Shown here: positions 26,913-35,903 of the stretch, one piece after another
Numbering within the stretch: position 1 is the stretch's first letter
Layout: every line of letters begins with the position of its first letter
Assembly (NCBI GenBank): GCA_031409655.1
Contig: JANNXQ010000195.1
Coordinates: 32,001 to 96,000 of the forward strand
Source of the DNA: Chthoniobacteraceae bacterium
GTDB lineage: Bacteria > Verrucomicrobiota > Verrucomicrobiia > Chthoniobacterales > Chthoniobacteraceae
Reading direction: 5' to 3'
DNA length: 64,000 nt
Translations under genes and position numbers: made by a program
The notes under the pieces: model-generated
Databases searched by the model: none
What the model saw: the letters and a program-made list of their open reading frames with translations, nothing else
What the model was told of the DNA's origin: nothing

Positions 26913-29768
26913 CTACTCGCTCGTGGCCACGACCCTCGCCCCGCTGCGCAGCAGCGTGAGCACGCCGCTGGGCGAGTAGCCGCGGACCTCATAGGCGGGG
27001 TCCACCGTGCCATCCGCCCGCAAACGCAGCAGGCCCGCCGCGCCCGTGACGATCGCCCCATCGCGCTCGAGGAAAAGGCTCGCAAGCGGCAGCGCATTCA
27101 CCACCGGCAGCGCCGCGGCGTCGAAGCTCCGATCGAGCTGGCCGTCGGGTGCGAAACGCACGAGCGCGCGTGTGCCGCCGGCGCGCAGCGTGAATTCGCC
27201 AGCCGCGAGCAGGCGGCCATCGGGCTCCAGCGCGAGGGCGTGGGCGGTGCAGACGTTTTCATTCAGCCGCGCGTCGGTGACAAAGCTCGCATCGAACTCC
27301 CCGCCTGGATGCAGCCGCGCCACGCCAGGCAGCACGCGATCGCCCAGCCGCAGACTCCCGCCCCCGACCACCACGCGCCCATCGGGTTGCACCGCCAGGG
27401 CTTCGATGAAGCCCGTGATCGCGCAGGTGAAAGTGGGATCGAGCGACCCATCGGCCCGCAGGCGCGCGAGCGTCGTCTGCGTGTTGCTTCCGGGCGCGAA
27501 CAAGCTGCTCACCACGAGCACTCGCCCGTCGAGTTGCAGGGCCATCTTCTGCACGCTATCGCCGATCGAGGCTGGCGCAAAGCTCGGGTCGCGCGCTCCA
27601 TCGGGGAGCAGCCGCGTGAGTTCCTGCTGGTAGGAGCGCAAGCCCGACGCCACCACCAGCAGCCGGCCATCGGGCTGCGCGACGATCTGCGCCACGCGCG
27701 CCGTGAGCGGAAACTGCACCAGGCCCGGGACGAACGGGAGCCCCCCCGGGGAACCCGGAAGCGGAAACTGCGCATCGAAGGTCTCGTCCGGCGTTCCATC
27801 CGCCAGCAGCCGCACCAGCGAGTGCCGCACGAGGCCGCCGTAGCGGGTGAACCTTCCGCCCACGATCACGCGGCCATCGGGCAACTCCACCGCTGCGGCG
27901 ATCGAGCCGTAGATGTCATCGAGCGAGCCGGTCGGGGCAAAGCCCGGATCGCGCGAACCGGCGCTGTCATTGTCGCGGATCGTCACCACCGCCATGGTCG
28001 CCGCGCCGAGCGTCGCGCCACCGGTGGGCGAAGAGAGCGTCACGGTGAAAGTCTCGGAGCCTTCGCGCAGCCCATCGTCGAAGATCGGCACGCGCACCGT
28101 CTTCACATTCTCGCCATCGGCCAGCGTGAGCGTGCCCCGCGCGGCCGCGTAGTCCACGCCTTCGGTGGCGGTGCCGGAGGTCGGGGTGAAATCGACAGCG
28201 ACGCTCCCCACTGTGTGGCCATTGCGCGTGGCGGTGAGTTCGATTTCTCCCGCTCCTTCCGTCGTCTCGATCGCCGAGACCCGCCACTCGATGACCCCCG
28301 GCCGGTCGTCATCCACGATCGTCGCGGTAGCCGTGGACTCGAAGCCGAGGGTCGCGCCGCCGGTCGGCGAGTGCAGCGTCACGAGCACCGTTTCGTCCGG
28401 CTCGGTGAGCGTATCGTCGAAGATCGGAATGGTGATCGTGTGCACGGTCTCTCCCGGCGCAAAGACCAGCGTGTCGCCGAGTGCGCCGAAGTCACCCGCG
28501 CCCGCCGTGCCGCCGGTCACTGCATATGCCACCGAAACCGTGCCCGCATTTCCTCCCTCGCGCACCACCGCGACCGTGAGCGACCCGGCCGCTTCCGGCG
28601 CCGCATAGACGGGCCACGCCATGCGGAGAGTCCCTGCGCCCGGCAGTGGCGCAGCGCCCCCGAGCACGCGTGCGAGCACGTTTCCCGTAATGGAATCGGC
28701 GGCCACCACGACCCGCCCTGCCACATCCAGCGCGAGCGTCTTGAGCTCTGGCGTGGCCGCGACATCGCCTACAAAAGTGCCGTCGTGCGTGCCATCGCGC
28801 AGCAGCCGGACCATTCCCAGATGCGACCCCGCCGCGATGATCGCGCCGTCCGGCTGGAGCGCCAGCTTGCGATAGATGCCCGCCGTGAGAAACGAGCTCA
28901 GGGCAAAGGTGGGATCAAACGCTCCGCCCGGCAGAAGACGATACACACCCTGCGATGCGGCGATCAGCATGCGCCCGTCAGGCAGGGCCGTGAAGCTCCG
29001 TACATAGTCCACCCTGTCCAGGCAGAAGGTGGGATCGTGCGTGCCATCGCGGCGCAGGCGCACCATGCCCGAGGCCGCGACGCCCGGTGGCTGGAGGTTA
29101 AATCCCGCGACGAGGATGCGGCCATCGGGCAGCACCTCGAGCCCCGTGAACCCCGGCGCCGAGAGCTGCGCGTCGAACGAGCGATCCACGCGCCCATCCG
29201 CAAAGAGGCGATCCACCGTGCGATCCACCTCCTCGCCGCGCCGGAGGAAACGCCCCGCGATGACGATGCGCCCATCCGCCTGCACGGCCACCTTCGTCAC
29301 ATCGCTATAGAGGGGGCCCAGCTCGATTTCCGCGTCGAAGGCCGCATCCACCGCGCCATTGGCCAGCAGCCGCACCAGCATGGGACGGGCAACTTCGGAG
29401 AAGCGGGTGAACGCACCCGCGACCAGCACTTTTCCATCGCGCAGCGGGAACGCCTCCACTCCGAGGTGCACATCCGGCCCTGTGCCCGCATCGAAGCTCG
29501 CATCGCGCGCCCCGTCCGGCATTAGCCGCGCGACTCGTCCGCACGGCGCTCCATCGTACGCCGTGAACGAACCCGCGATCAGTGATTTCCCATCCGGCAG
29601 CGCGGCGATCGTCCTCACCGAGTCGTTCGGCCCTCCGCCGACTTGAAACGTCGCATCCCGCGCTCCCGGCGCCGCATTCCCGACCGCCCCGCACAGGATC
29701 CCCAGACAGACCGCGGCCCCCCGGATCATCCGCGCAGCATTTCGAGCGATTTGGGGGGCCGGCGACAC
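26913..29768 (-). CDS. Calx-beta / delta-60 repeat surface protein, N-terminal part with signal peptide
   Basis: Signal peptide (MIRGAAVCLGILCGAVGNA), two blocks of delta-60 repeats flanking two Calx-beta domains; ends at TAG 26913-26915. Confidence 0.82.
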   Translation of the reverse strand: MSPAPQIARNAARMIRGAAVCLGILCGAVGNAAPGARDATFQVGGGPNDSVRTIAALPDGKSLIAGSFTAYDGAPCGRVARLMPDGARDASFDAGTGPDVHLGVEAFPLRDGKVLVAGAFTRFSEVARPMLVRLLANGAVDAAFDAEIELGPLYSDVTKVAVQADGRIVIAGRFLRRGEEVDRTVDRLFADGRVDRSFDAQLSAPGFTGLEVLPDGRILVAGFNLQPPGVAASGMVRLRRDGTHDPTFCLDRVDYVRSFTALPDGRMLIAASQGVYRLLPGGAFDPTFALSSFLTAGIYRKLALQPDGAIIAAGSHLGMVRLLRDGTHDGTFVGDVAATPELKTLALDVAGRVVVAADSITGNVLARVLGGAAPLPGAGTLRMAWPVYAAPEAAGSLTVAVVREGGNAGTVSVAYAVTGGTAGAGDFGALGDTLVFAPGETVHTITIPIFDDTLTEPDETVLVTLHSPTGGATLGFESTATATIVDDDRPGVIEWRVSAIETTEGAGEIELTATRNGHTVGSVAVDFTPTSGTATEGVDYAAARGTLTLADGENVKTVRVPIFDDGLREGSETFTVTLSSPTGGATLGAATMAVVTIRDNDSAGSRDPGFAPTGSLDDIYGSIAAAVELPDGRVIVGGRFTRYGGLVRHSLVRLLADGTPDETFDAQFPLPGSPGGLPFVPGLVQFPLTARVAQIVAQPDGRLLVVASGLRSYQQELTRLLPDGARDPSFAPASIGDSVQKMALQLDGRVLVVSSLFAPGSNTQTTLARLRADGSLDPTFTCAITGFIEALAVQPDGRVVVGGGSLRLGDRVLPGVARLHPGGEFDASFVTDARLNENVCTAHALALEPDGRLLAAGEFTLRAGGTRALVRFAPDGQLDRSFDAAALPVVNALPLASLFLERDGAIVTGAAGLLRLRADGTVDPAYEVRGYSPSGVLTLLRSGARVVATSE

Positions 29769-29859
29769 CGCCGGAGGATGTCCGCTGCCTCCGCGTGAGT
29801 CAATTCAATGCGTGGCACTCAATCCCCCTCGCGATGGGAGCGCGGCGAAAGGCGTGAGA

Positions 29860-29910
29860 CTTAACCGACTCTTAACAATTTTCCCCGCCCGGCGAAGCCG
29901 ACTCTTAACA
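29860..29910. promoter_or_regulatory. Phased direct repeats, candidate OmpR-family binding site
   Basis: CTTAAC at 29860, 29871 and 29904 (11- and 33-bp spacing); 13-mer CCGACTCTTAACA at 29865 and 29898; lies in a divergent intergenic region. Confidence 0.55.
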
Positions 29911-29996
29911 GTGGTGGCGTCTATTGTTTGCAAGCAACCGCGGCAACTCGCGGCCCGCTGTGCGAAAAACCCGATAACTCCAAAAACAATCCGACA

Positions 29997-30596
29997 ATGA
30001 AAACGACTGCAAAACTCCTCCTCCCGATCCTAGCGTTCAGCGCCTCGATCATCTGCGCCAGTGCGCAAGAAAAGAAAGACGAACAGAATTCTGATCGCCG
30101 CCGTGGCGGTGACCGCGGCAGCTTCAATCCCGACGAATTCCGCAAGCAAATGTCCGAGCGGCTCAAGACCTCGCTCAAAGTCACCGACGATGAATGGGCC
30201 GTCATTTCTCCTCTCATCGAGAAAGTGCAGACCAAAATGCGGGAGTCGATGGGCAGCCGCGGCTTCGGTGGTGGAGGCCCGGGAGGGCAGGGTGGCCCCG
30301 GTGGTGGCGGCGATCGTCGTCGCGGTGAAGGTGGCGGTAGCCCGACTGCGGGAGCGCCCGGCGGTGGTGGCGACAGTCAGCGTCCTGATCGGGCCGCTTC
30401 GCCGGAACGCGATGCTCTCCGCACCGCGCTCGAAGATGAGAAGACCTCGCCGGAGGATATTCAAGCCAAGCTCACGGCGCTGCGCGAAGTGCGGAAGAAG
30501 TCCGAAGCCGATCTCAATGCCGCTCGCGAAGAGCTCCGCAAGGTGCTCTCCGTCCGTCAGGAAGCCGCGCTCGTCGGCATGGGGATGCTCGAATAG
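29997..30596 (+). CDS. Periplasmic helical protein, Spy/CpxP-like
   Basis: Signal peptide MKTTAKLLLPILAFSASIICASA; LTxxQ-like motifs LKVTDDEW and VLSVRQ; Gly-rich linker. Confidence 0.6.
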   Translation: MKTTAKLLLPILAFSASIICASAQEKKDEQNSDRRRGGDRGSFNPDEFRKQMSERLKTSLKVTDDEWAVISPLIEKVQTKMRESMGSRGFGGGGPGGQGGPGGGGDRRRGEGGGSPTAGAPGGGGDSQRPDRAASPERDALRTALEDEKTSPEDIQAKLTALREVRKKSEADLNAAREELRKVLSVRQEAALVGMGMLE

Positions 30597-30602
30597 CTCT
30601 TC

Positions 30603-32315
30603 ATGATCGGGACCCCTCCAGTCTCTGTGAGTGCATCCAGCCAGGCTCTTCTGGCGTCCATGGTGGAGCGGCAACAGCTCTCCGCCATGGACGCCGAAGC
30701 GCTGGAGCGCGAGTGCGCGCTCGGCTTCCGGGCAGATACGGAAGAGGCCGTGCTGCGCTGGCTGGCCCAGGAGTACGGTCTCGGCTTCACCGCGCTGGAG
30801 GGCATCGAGCCAGATCGCGCGCTGCTCGCCAAATTCTCCGCGCGCATCCTGCTCAAGGAAGAGCTGCTCCCGCTCTCCGAGAAAGATGGCGTGGTCGAGG
30901 TGGCCGCGAGCCGGCTCTTCGCGACGCCAGGACTCGATAGTCTGCGCGCGGTTTCCGATCTGAAGTTTCAGCCGATCCTCGCGCCGAGCGAAGCGCTCCA
31001 GCGGGAGATCAAAAAGCACCTCGGCGTCGGCGCCGATACGCTCAATCTGCTCGAACAGGAGGAAGGCTTCCAAGTCGTCTCCGAAGATCGCGAAGATTCT
31101 GGCGATCTCGACAAAGCCGCGGAAGACGCGTCGATCATCCGTTTCGTCAACCAAGTGCTCGGCGACGCCATCTCGCTGCGGGCTTCGGATATTCACGTCG
31201 AGCCTTTCGAGCACGAGCTGCGCATCCGTTATCGCATCGACGGGCTTTTGCAGGAAGTGCCCGTGCCCACGCAGATCAAGCGCTTCCAGCCGGCGATCGT
31301 TTCGCGCATCAAAATCTTGAGCAATCTCGATATCGCGGAGAAGCGCGTGCCGCAGGACGGTCGCATCAAGATCCGCGTGAAAGCGACGGAGGTGGACATC
31401 CGCGTTTCGGTGATCCCGATGCTCCATGGCGAAGCGGTGGTGCTGCGTTTGCTCCGCCAGGAGGCTGGGGTGCTCGGCCTCGATAGTCTCGGGATGGCCG
31501 AGCGGGAGCGCGGGCTTTTCTCCCAAGTCCTCGAAATGCCGCACGGCATCGCGCTCGTCACTGGTCCCACCGGCAGCGGCAAGACGACCACGCTCTACAG
31601 CGCGCTCCATCAGATCAATGATGCGGTACGCAAGATCATCACCATCGAAGACCCGGTGGAATATCAGCTCAAGGGGATCAACCAGATCCAGGTCGCGGAA
31701 AAGGCCGGGCTGACTTTTGCCCGCGGACTCCGCGCGATTTTGCGCCACGACCCGGATGTCGTGCTCATCGGAGAAATTCGCGACCGCGAGACCGCGCAGA
31801 TCGCCGTGCAGGCATCGCTCACGGGGCACATGGTCTTTTCCACGCTCCACACCAATGACGCGCCCGGCGCGCTGACGCGGCTCGTGGACATGGGCGTGGA
31901 GCCGTATCTGGTCGCCTCCTCGCTCGAGGCCGTGATCGCGCAACGTCTCGTCCGTGTGCTCTGCCCGGATTGCAAAGAGCTGGATACCACCGCGCGGACC
32001 TCGGCGCTTCGCGAGCGCGTCGAAGCGCTGCGCTACGCGAATATCTACGCCGCGAAGGGTTGCCGCAGTTGCCGCATGACTGGCTACAGCGGACGCCGTG
32101 CGGTCTTCGAACTCATGACCATGAGCCCGACGATCCGCGAGATCCTGCTCCGCGGGGGTTCGAGCATTGAGATCAAAAACGCCGCCCGCCGCGAAGGAAT
32201 GCGCACGCTGCTCGAAGACGGCTGGCGGGTGGTGAAAGACGGCACCACCACGCCTTCCGAAGTGATGCGTGTCTCGAAGGACGAAGGCAGCGACGGCTTT
32301 GCCGTCGGAACATGA
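30603..32315 (+). CDS. gspE: Type II secretion ATPase GspE/PilB
   Basis: ASDIHVEP, PQDGR, GPTGSGKTTT, TIEDPVE, LRHDPD, GEIRD, TGH..STLHTND, CPDC..CRSC. Confidence 0.93.
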   Translation: MIGTPPVSVSASSQALLASMVERQQLSAMDAEALERECALGFRADTEEAVLRWLAQEYGLGFTALEGIEPDRALLAKFSARILLKEELLPLSEKDGVVEVAASRLFATPGLDSLRAVSDLKFQPILAPSEALQREIKKHLGVGADTLNLLEQEEGFQVVSEDREDSGDLDKAAEDASIIRFVNQVLGDAISLRASDIHVEPFEHELRIRYRIDGLLQEVPVPTQIKRFQPAIVSRIKILSNLDIAEKRVPQDGRIKIRVKATEVDIRVSVIPMLHGEAVVLRLLRQEAGVLGLDSLGMAERERGLFSQVLEMPHGIALVTGPTGSGKTTTLYSALHQINDAVRKIITIEDPVEYQLKGINQIQVAEKAGLTFARGLRAILRHDPDVVLIGEIRDRETAQIAVQASLTGHMVFSTLHTNDAPGALTRLVDMGVEPYLVASSLEAVIAQRLVRVLCPDCKELDTTARTSALRERVEALRYANIYAAKGCRSCRMTGYSGRRAVFELMTMSPTIREILLRGGSSIEIKNAARREGMRTLLEDGWRVVKDGTTTPSEVMRVSKDEGSDGFAVGT

Positions 32316-32563
32316 TCATGGACGCCACACCTTACATTCCATCGGGACCACTCCCGTCGTTCCGAGACTTCGCGCGCGCCGACGAAGCAGAAATCCGGGG
32401 AGCATCCGCGTCTCGCGTGTCGGTTTCGGCGTCTTGCCGGAACGAACTTCCCGATGAGTCCGCTCTGGCAGAAACGTCACTTGATGAAGAGACGGTGGCC
32501 TGTTCTGCGGGCGCGGATGCTCCCCGGAGTTCCGAGTCCGCACCTCAAGAGCCCGCCGAATAG
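32312..32563 (+). CDS. Possible small coupled ORF (83 aa), about half encoded by a REP-like element
   Basis: ATGA overlap with the gspE stop, ends 8 nt before gspF; no recognisable family. Confidence 0.3.
   Translation: MIMDATPYIPSGPLPSFRDFARADEAEIRGASASRVSVSASCRNELPDESALAETSLDEETVACSAGADAPRSSESAPQEPAE
32394..32528. repeat. REP-like palindromic element
   Basis: 17-bp perfect terminal inverted repeat TCCGGGGAGCATCCGCG / CGCGGATGCTCCCCGGA; left arm similar to 35967-36024. Confidence 0.85.
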
Positions 32564-32571
32564 TCCACCCG

Positions 32572-33816
32572 ATGGCCGTCTTCGAATACAAAGCAGTGCA
32601 GGCGAACGGCACGTCGATCCTCGGCACGATCGACGCCTCCGGTCGCCAGGATGCGGTGCGGATGATCGAAGAGCGGGGACTCACGCCGGTGCGCATCACC
32701 GAAAGCGTCGCGACTGCGAAGAACGGAGCGCGCGGCGCGAAGCCGACGGGCGCAGGCCAATTCGCCTGGCAGTCGAACCGCGTTCCCTTCGCCGCGCTCG
32801 AAGATTTCACCCGCTCCCTCTCCAGCCTGCTCTCCGCCAATGTTCCGCTGAGTCGCGCGCTTACCATCTTGTACAAAGAGACGTCGCATCCCGTCGCGGC
32901 CGTGAAGTGGCGCGAACTGCACGATCTCGTCATCGACGGGGTCCCGCTTGCGGAAGCGATGAACCGTTCGCCGGACGTCTTCCCGCGCGTCTATGTCGCG
33001 ATGGTCGAAGCGGGTGAGGCCGGCGGCTTTCTCGATGTGGTGCTCGCACAGATCGCCGACTTTCAAGCGCAGGAAAAAGAGATGCGCGCCAAGGTGATGG
33101 CCGCCCTGATGTATCCCGCCGTGCTGCTCTGCCTCGCCGTCGCGGTGCTCATCTTCCTCCTCGTCTTTTTCATCCCACGCTTTCAGACACTCTTCGCCGG
33201 CTTCGATGCGGCGCTGCCGGCGCTCACCCAGATCATCGTCGGGATCAGTAATTTTGTGCGCAGCTACGGCTTCTATTTGCTCGCGGCGATCGTGGCCGCG
33301 ATCTACTTCGGGCGCGCCTGGTTTGCGCGCGAAAGCAGTCGGCGGCTCTGGGAATCGTGGCTCCTGCGCACGCCGGTCGTCGGCCCCCTCATGGCGCAGA
33401 TCGCCATGGCGCGTTTTTGCCGGATGCTCGGCACGCTGCTTGGCGCCGGAGTCTCGCTGATCAGCGCACTTTCCGTCGCGCGCCGTTCGCTCGGCTACCA
33501 GACGCTCATCGACCTCGTCACGGATTCCACGGAGCGCGTGAAAAAAGGCGAGGCGCTCGGCGCGAGTCTGGCGGGATGCAAAGCGCTCTTTGGCGGCTCG
33601 ACGCTCGAGATGATCGCCGTCGCGGAGGAAAGCGGGCGCCTCGACAAGGAACTGGTGCGGCTCGCGGGCGTCACCGAGATCACCCTCGATCGTCAGCTCA
33701 AGACCGCCGTCGCGCTGGCCGAACCGCTCATGCTCTTCGTCATTGCCGGATTCATCGGCACGATCTTCGTCGGGATGGTCATCCCGATCTTTACCATTCA
33801 GGACTACATCAAGTGA
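32572..33816 (+). CDS. gspF: Type II secretion inner membrane platform GspF/PilC
   Basis: FEYKA, MVEAGEAGG.L, ALMYP, GTLLGAGV, EESGRL, EPL. Confidence 0.92.
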   Translation: MAVFEYKAVQANGTSILGTIDASGRQDAVRMIEERGLTPVRITESVATAKNGARGAKPTGAGQFAWQSNRVPFAALEDFTRSLSSLLSANVPLSRALTILYKETSHPVAAVKWRELHDLVIDGVPLAEAMNRSPDVFPRVYVAMVEAGEAGGFLDVVLAQIADFQAQEKEMRAKVMAALMYPAVLLCLAVAVLIFLLVFFIPRFQTLFAGFDAALPALTQIIVGISNFVRSYGFYLLAAIVAAIYFGRAWFARESSRRLWESWLLRTPVVGPLMAQIAMARFCRMLGTLLGAGVSLISALSVARRSLGYQTLIDLVTDSTERVKKGEALGASLAGCKALFGGSTLEMIAVAEESGRLDKELVRLAGVTEITLDRQLKTAVALAEPLMLFVIAGFIGTIFVGMVIPIFTIQDYIK

Positions 33817-33830
33817 TCACCTTTCCACTC

Positions 33831-34378
<548 letters not shown>

Positions 34379-34382
<4 letters not shown>

Positions 34383-34870
34383 CTGAGTCGCGCCGCACCT
34401 CCGCTTTCACGCTCGTCGAGCTCATCGTCGTCATGGCGTTGCTCGCGATCGTGCTGGCCTTGTCGGCGCCGTCGCTGGCGCGTTCGATGCGCCAGCGAAA
34501 CCTCGAAGCGGAAGCCGCGCGCTTCCTCGCCGCCACGGAGTATGGCCGCAATGAAGCCGTCTCGCAGGGCGTCCCGATGGTCCTGTGGATCGACGAAAAG
34601 ACGCGGCGCTTCGGCGTCGAGGCGCGCTCGGGATTCACCGGCGATCCGGCGCGCGCTCGGGAGTTCGAGTTGCATCCGGAAGTGGAGATCGAGACCGAGA
34701 AAGTGATCGCGCGGACGGCGAAGGTGCAGCCCATCGAATTCGCGCCCGATGGCGCGCCGGCCACGACGAACATCGAGGCGGTACAGCTCAAAGACCGTTT
34801 CGCGTCCGTCGTGACCATCGCCCAGACCACTGATGGTTGGGGTTACGAGATCCTGAAGGAGGTCCGATGA
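34379..34870 (+). CDS. gspH: Minor pseudopilin GspH/FimT-like
   Basis: SAFTLVELIVVMALL; ATGA overlap with gspG. Confidence 0.8.
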
Positions 34871-35247
34871 ACCGCCGCGAGCACGGCTTCACCTTCGTCG
34901 AGATTCTCGCGGCGTTGCTTTTCCTCGGGATCGTGATGCCAGTGGTGATCGGCGCGCTGCAGGTTGCGAATCGCGCGGCGGTGCTTTCCGAGCGCGCCGG
35001 GGTGGCGGTGCAGCTTGCGGAAAACAAGCTGGCAGAACTCCAACTCGGCGACGCCTGGGACTCGTCCTCCTCGACGGGAGAGTTCGGAGAGGATTGGCCG
35101 GGTTACCGTTGGGAACTCACGAAAGCGGATTGGGAAAACGGCGTCATGACGGAGCTGCAACTCGCGGTCCTCTTTAGTGTGCAGGGTCGCGAGCAGGACG
35201 TGCGGCTGAGTACCCTGGTCAGCGAATCGCTCTCGGAGGAACCATGA
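34867..35247 (+). CDS. gspI: Minor pseudopilin GspI-like
   Basis: HGFTFVEILAAL, LAENKLAEL; ATG 34867 overlapping the gspH stop. Confidence 0.8.
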   Translation: MNRREHGFTFVEILAALLFLGIVMPVVIGALQVANRAAVLSERAGVAVQLAENKLAELQLGDAWDSSSSTGEFGEDWPGYRWELTKADWENGVMTELQLAVLFSVQGREQDVRLSTLVSESLSEEP

Positions 35248-35903
35248 GACGCACCGCGTTCACGCTCCTGGAACTAATCATGGCCCTCGCGGCCTCGGCG
35301 GTCATTCTGGCCGCGATCTACGGCGTCTTTTCCCGCGCGGTGCATCTCCGCGATGCGGCCACGACCCGCGTCCGCGAAGCGCGCATCCGGGGCCACGCCG
35401 CGACGATGATTCGCGACGATCTGCGGAATGCGCTCATCTCGGGATCGACGACGGCGACCGCGCTCGGCTCGATGCTCACGGGATCGCCGGAGGGCAAGGA
35501 GTCGAGCTTCCCCGGCTACCTCGCTTTCACCACGACCACTGGGCGCGACGCGGATGAAACGCCGACGGCGGACGTGCAGCGGATCGAGTACTACATCGCG
35601 AATGATCCCGAAGCCGTGGATCGCAACTCGGGAATGCTCGTGCGGACAGTGGAACGCACGCTCCTCGCGCAGACTCCGGAGACGCCGCCTGAGACGCCGC
35701 TGCTCCATGGCGTTGAGAAGATGGAGGTCGAATTTTACGACGGCACCAGCTGGCAGAATGCGTGGGAGATCACGGAGACGGAGAAGACCCTGCCGGAAGC
35801 GGTGCGGGTGCGTCTTCAGCCCGCGACCAGCGCCCGCGGGGAACGCGTGTCACCGATCGAGATCGTCGTCCCGTGGACCACCCATTCGTGGATCGAGTCA
35901 TGA
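35244..35903 (+). CDS. gspJ: Minor pseudopilin GspJ-like
   Basis: AFTLLELIMAL, DLRNA, FYDGTSWQNAW, LPEAVRV. Confidence 0.82.
   Translation: MRRTAFTLLELIMALAASAVILAAIYGVFSRAVHLRDAATTRVREARIRGHAATMIRDDLRNALISGSTTATALGSMLTGSPEGKESSFPGYLAFTTTTGRDADETPTADVQRIEYYIANDPEAVDRNSGMLVRTVERTLLAQTPETPPETPLLHGVEKMEVEFYDGTSWQNAWEITETEKTLPEAVRVRLQPATSARGERVSPIEIVVPWTTHSWIES

Noticed and set aside
26913..26915. Pyrrolysine or genome-wide TAG recoding
   Set aside because: No pyl genes seen, and TAG ends conserved genes here (deoA, hemC, trpC) at expected positions
26667..29525. 952-aa plus-strand ORF and other long antisense ORFs (e.g. 30030..31943, 20796..22538, 45467..47191, 50000..51727)
   Set aside because: Shadow frames of well-supported genes on the opposite strand; Arg/Ala-rich, no motifs, expected at high GC
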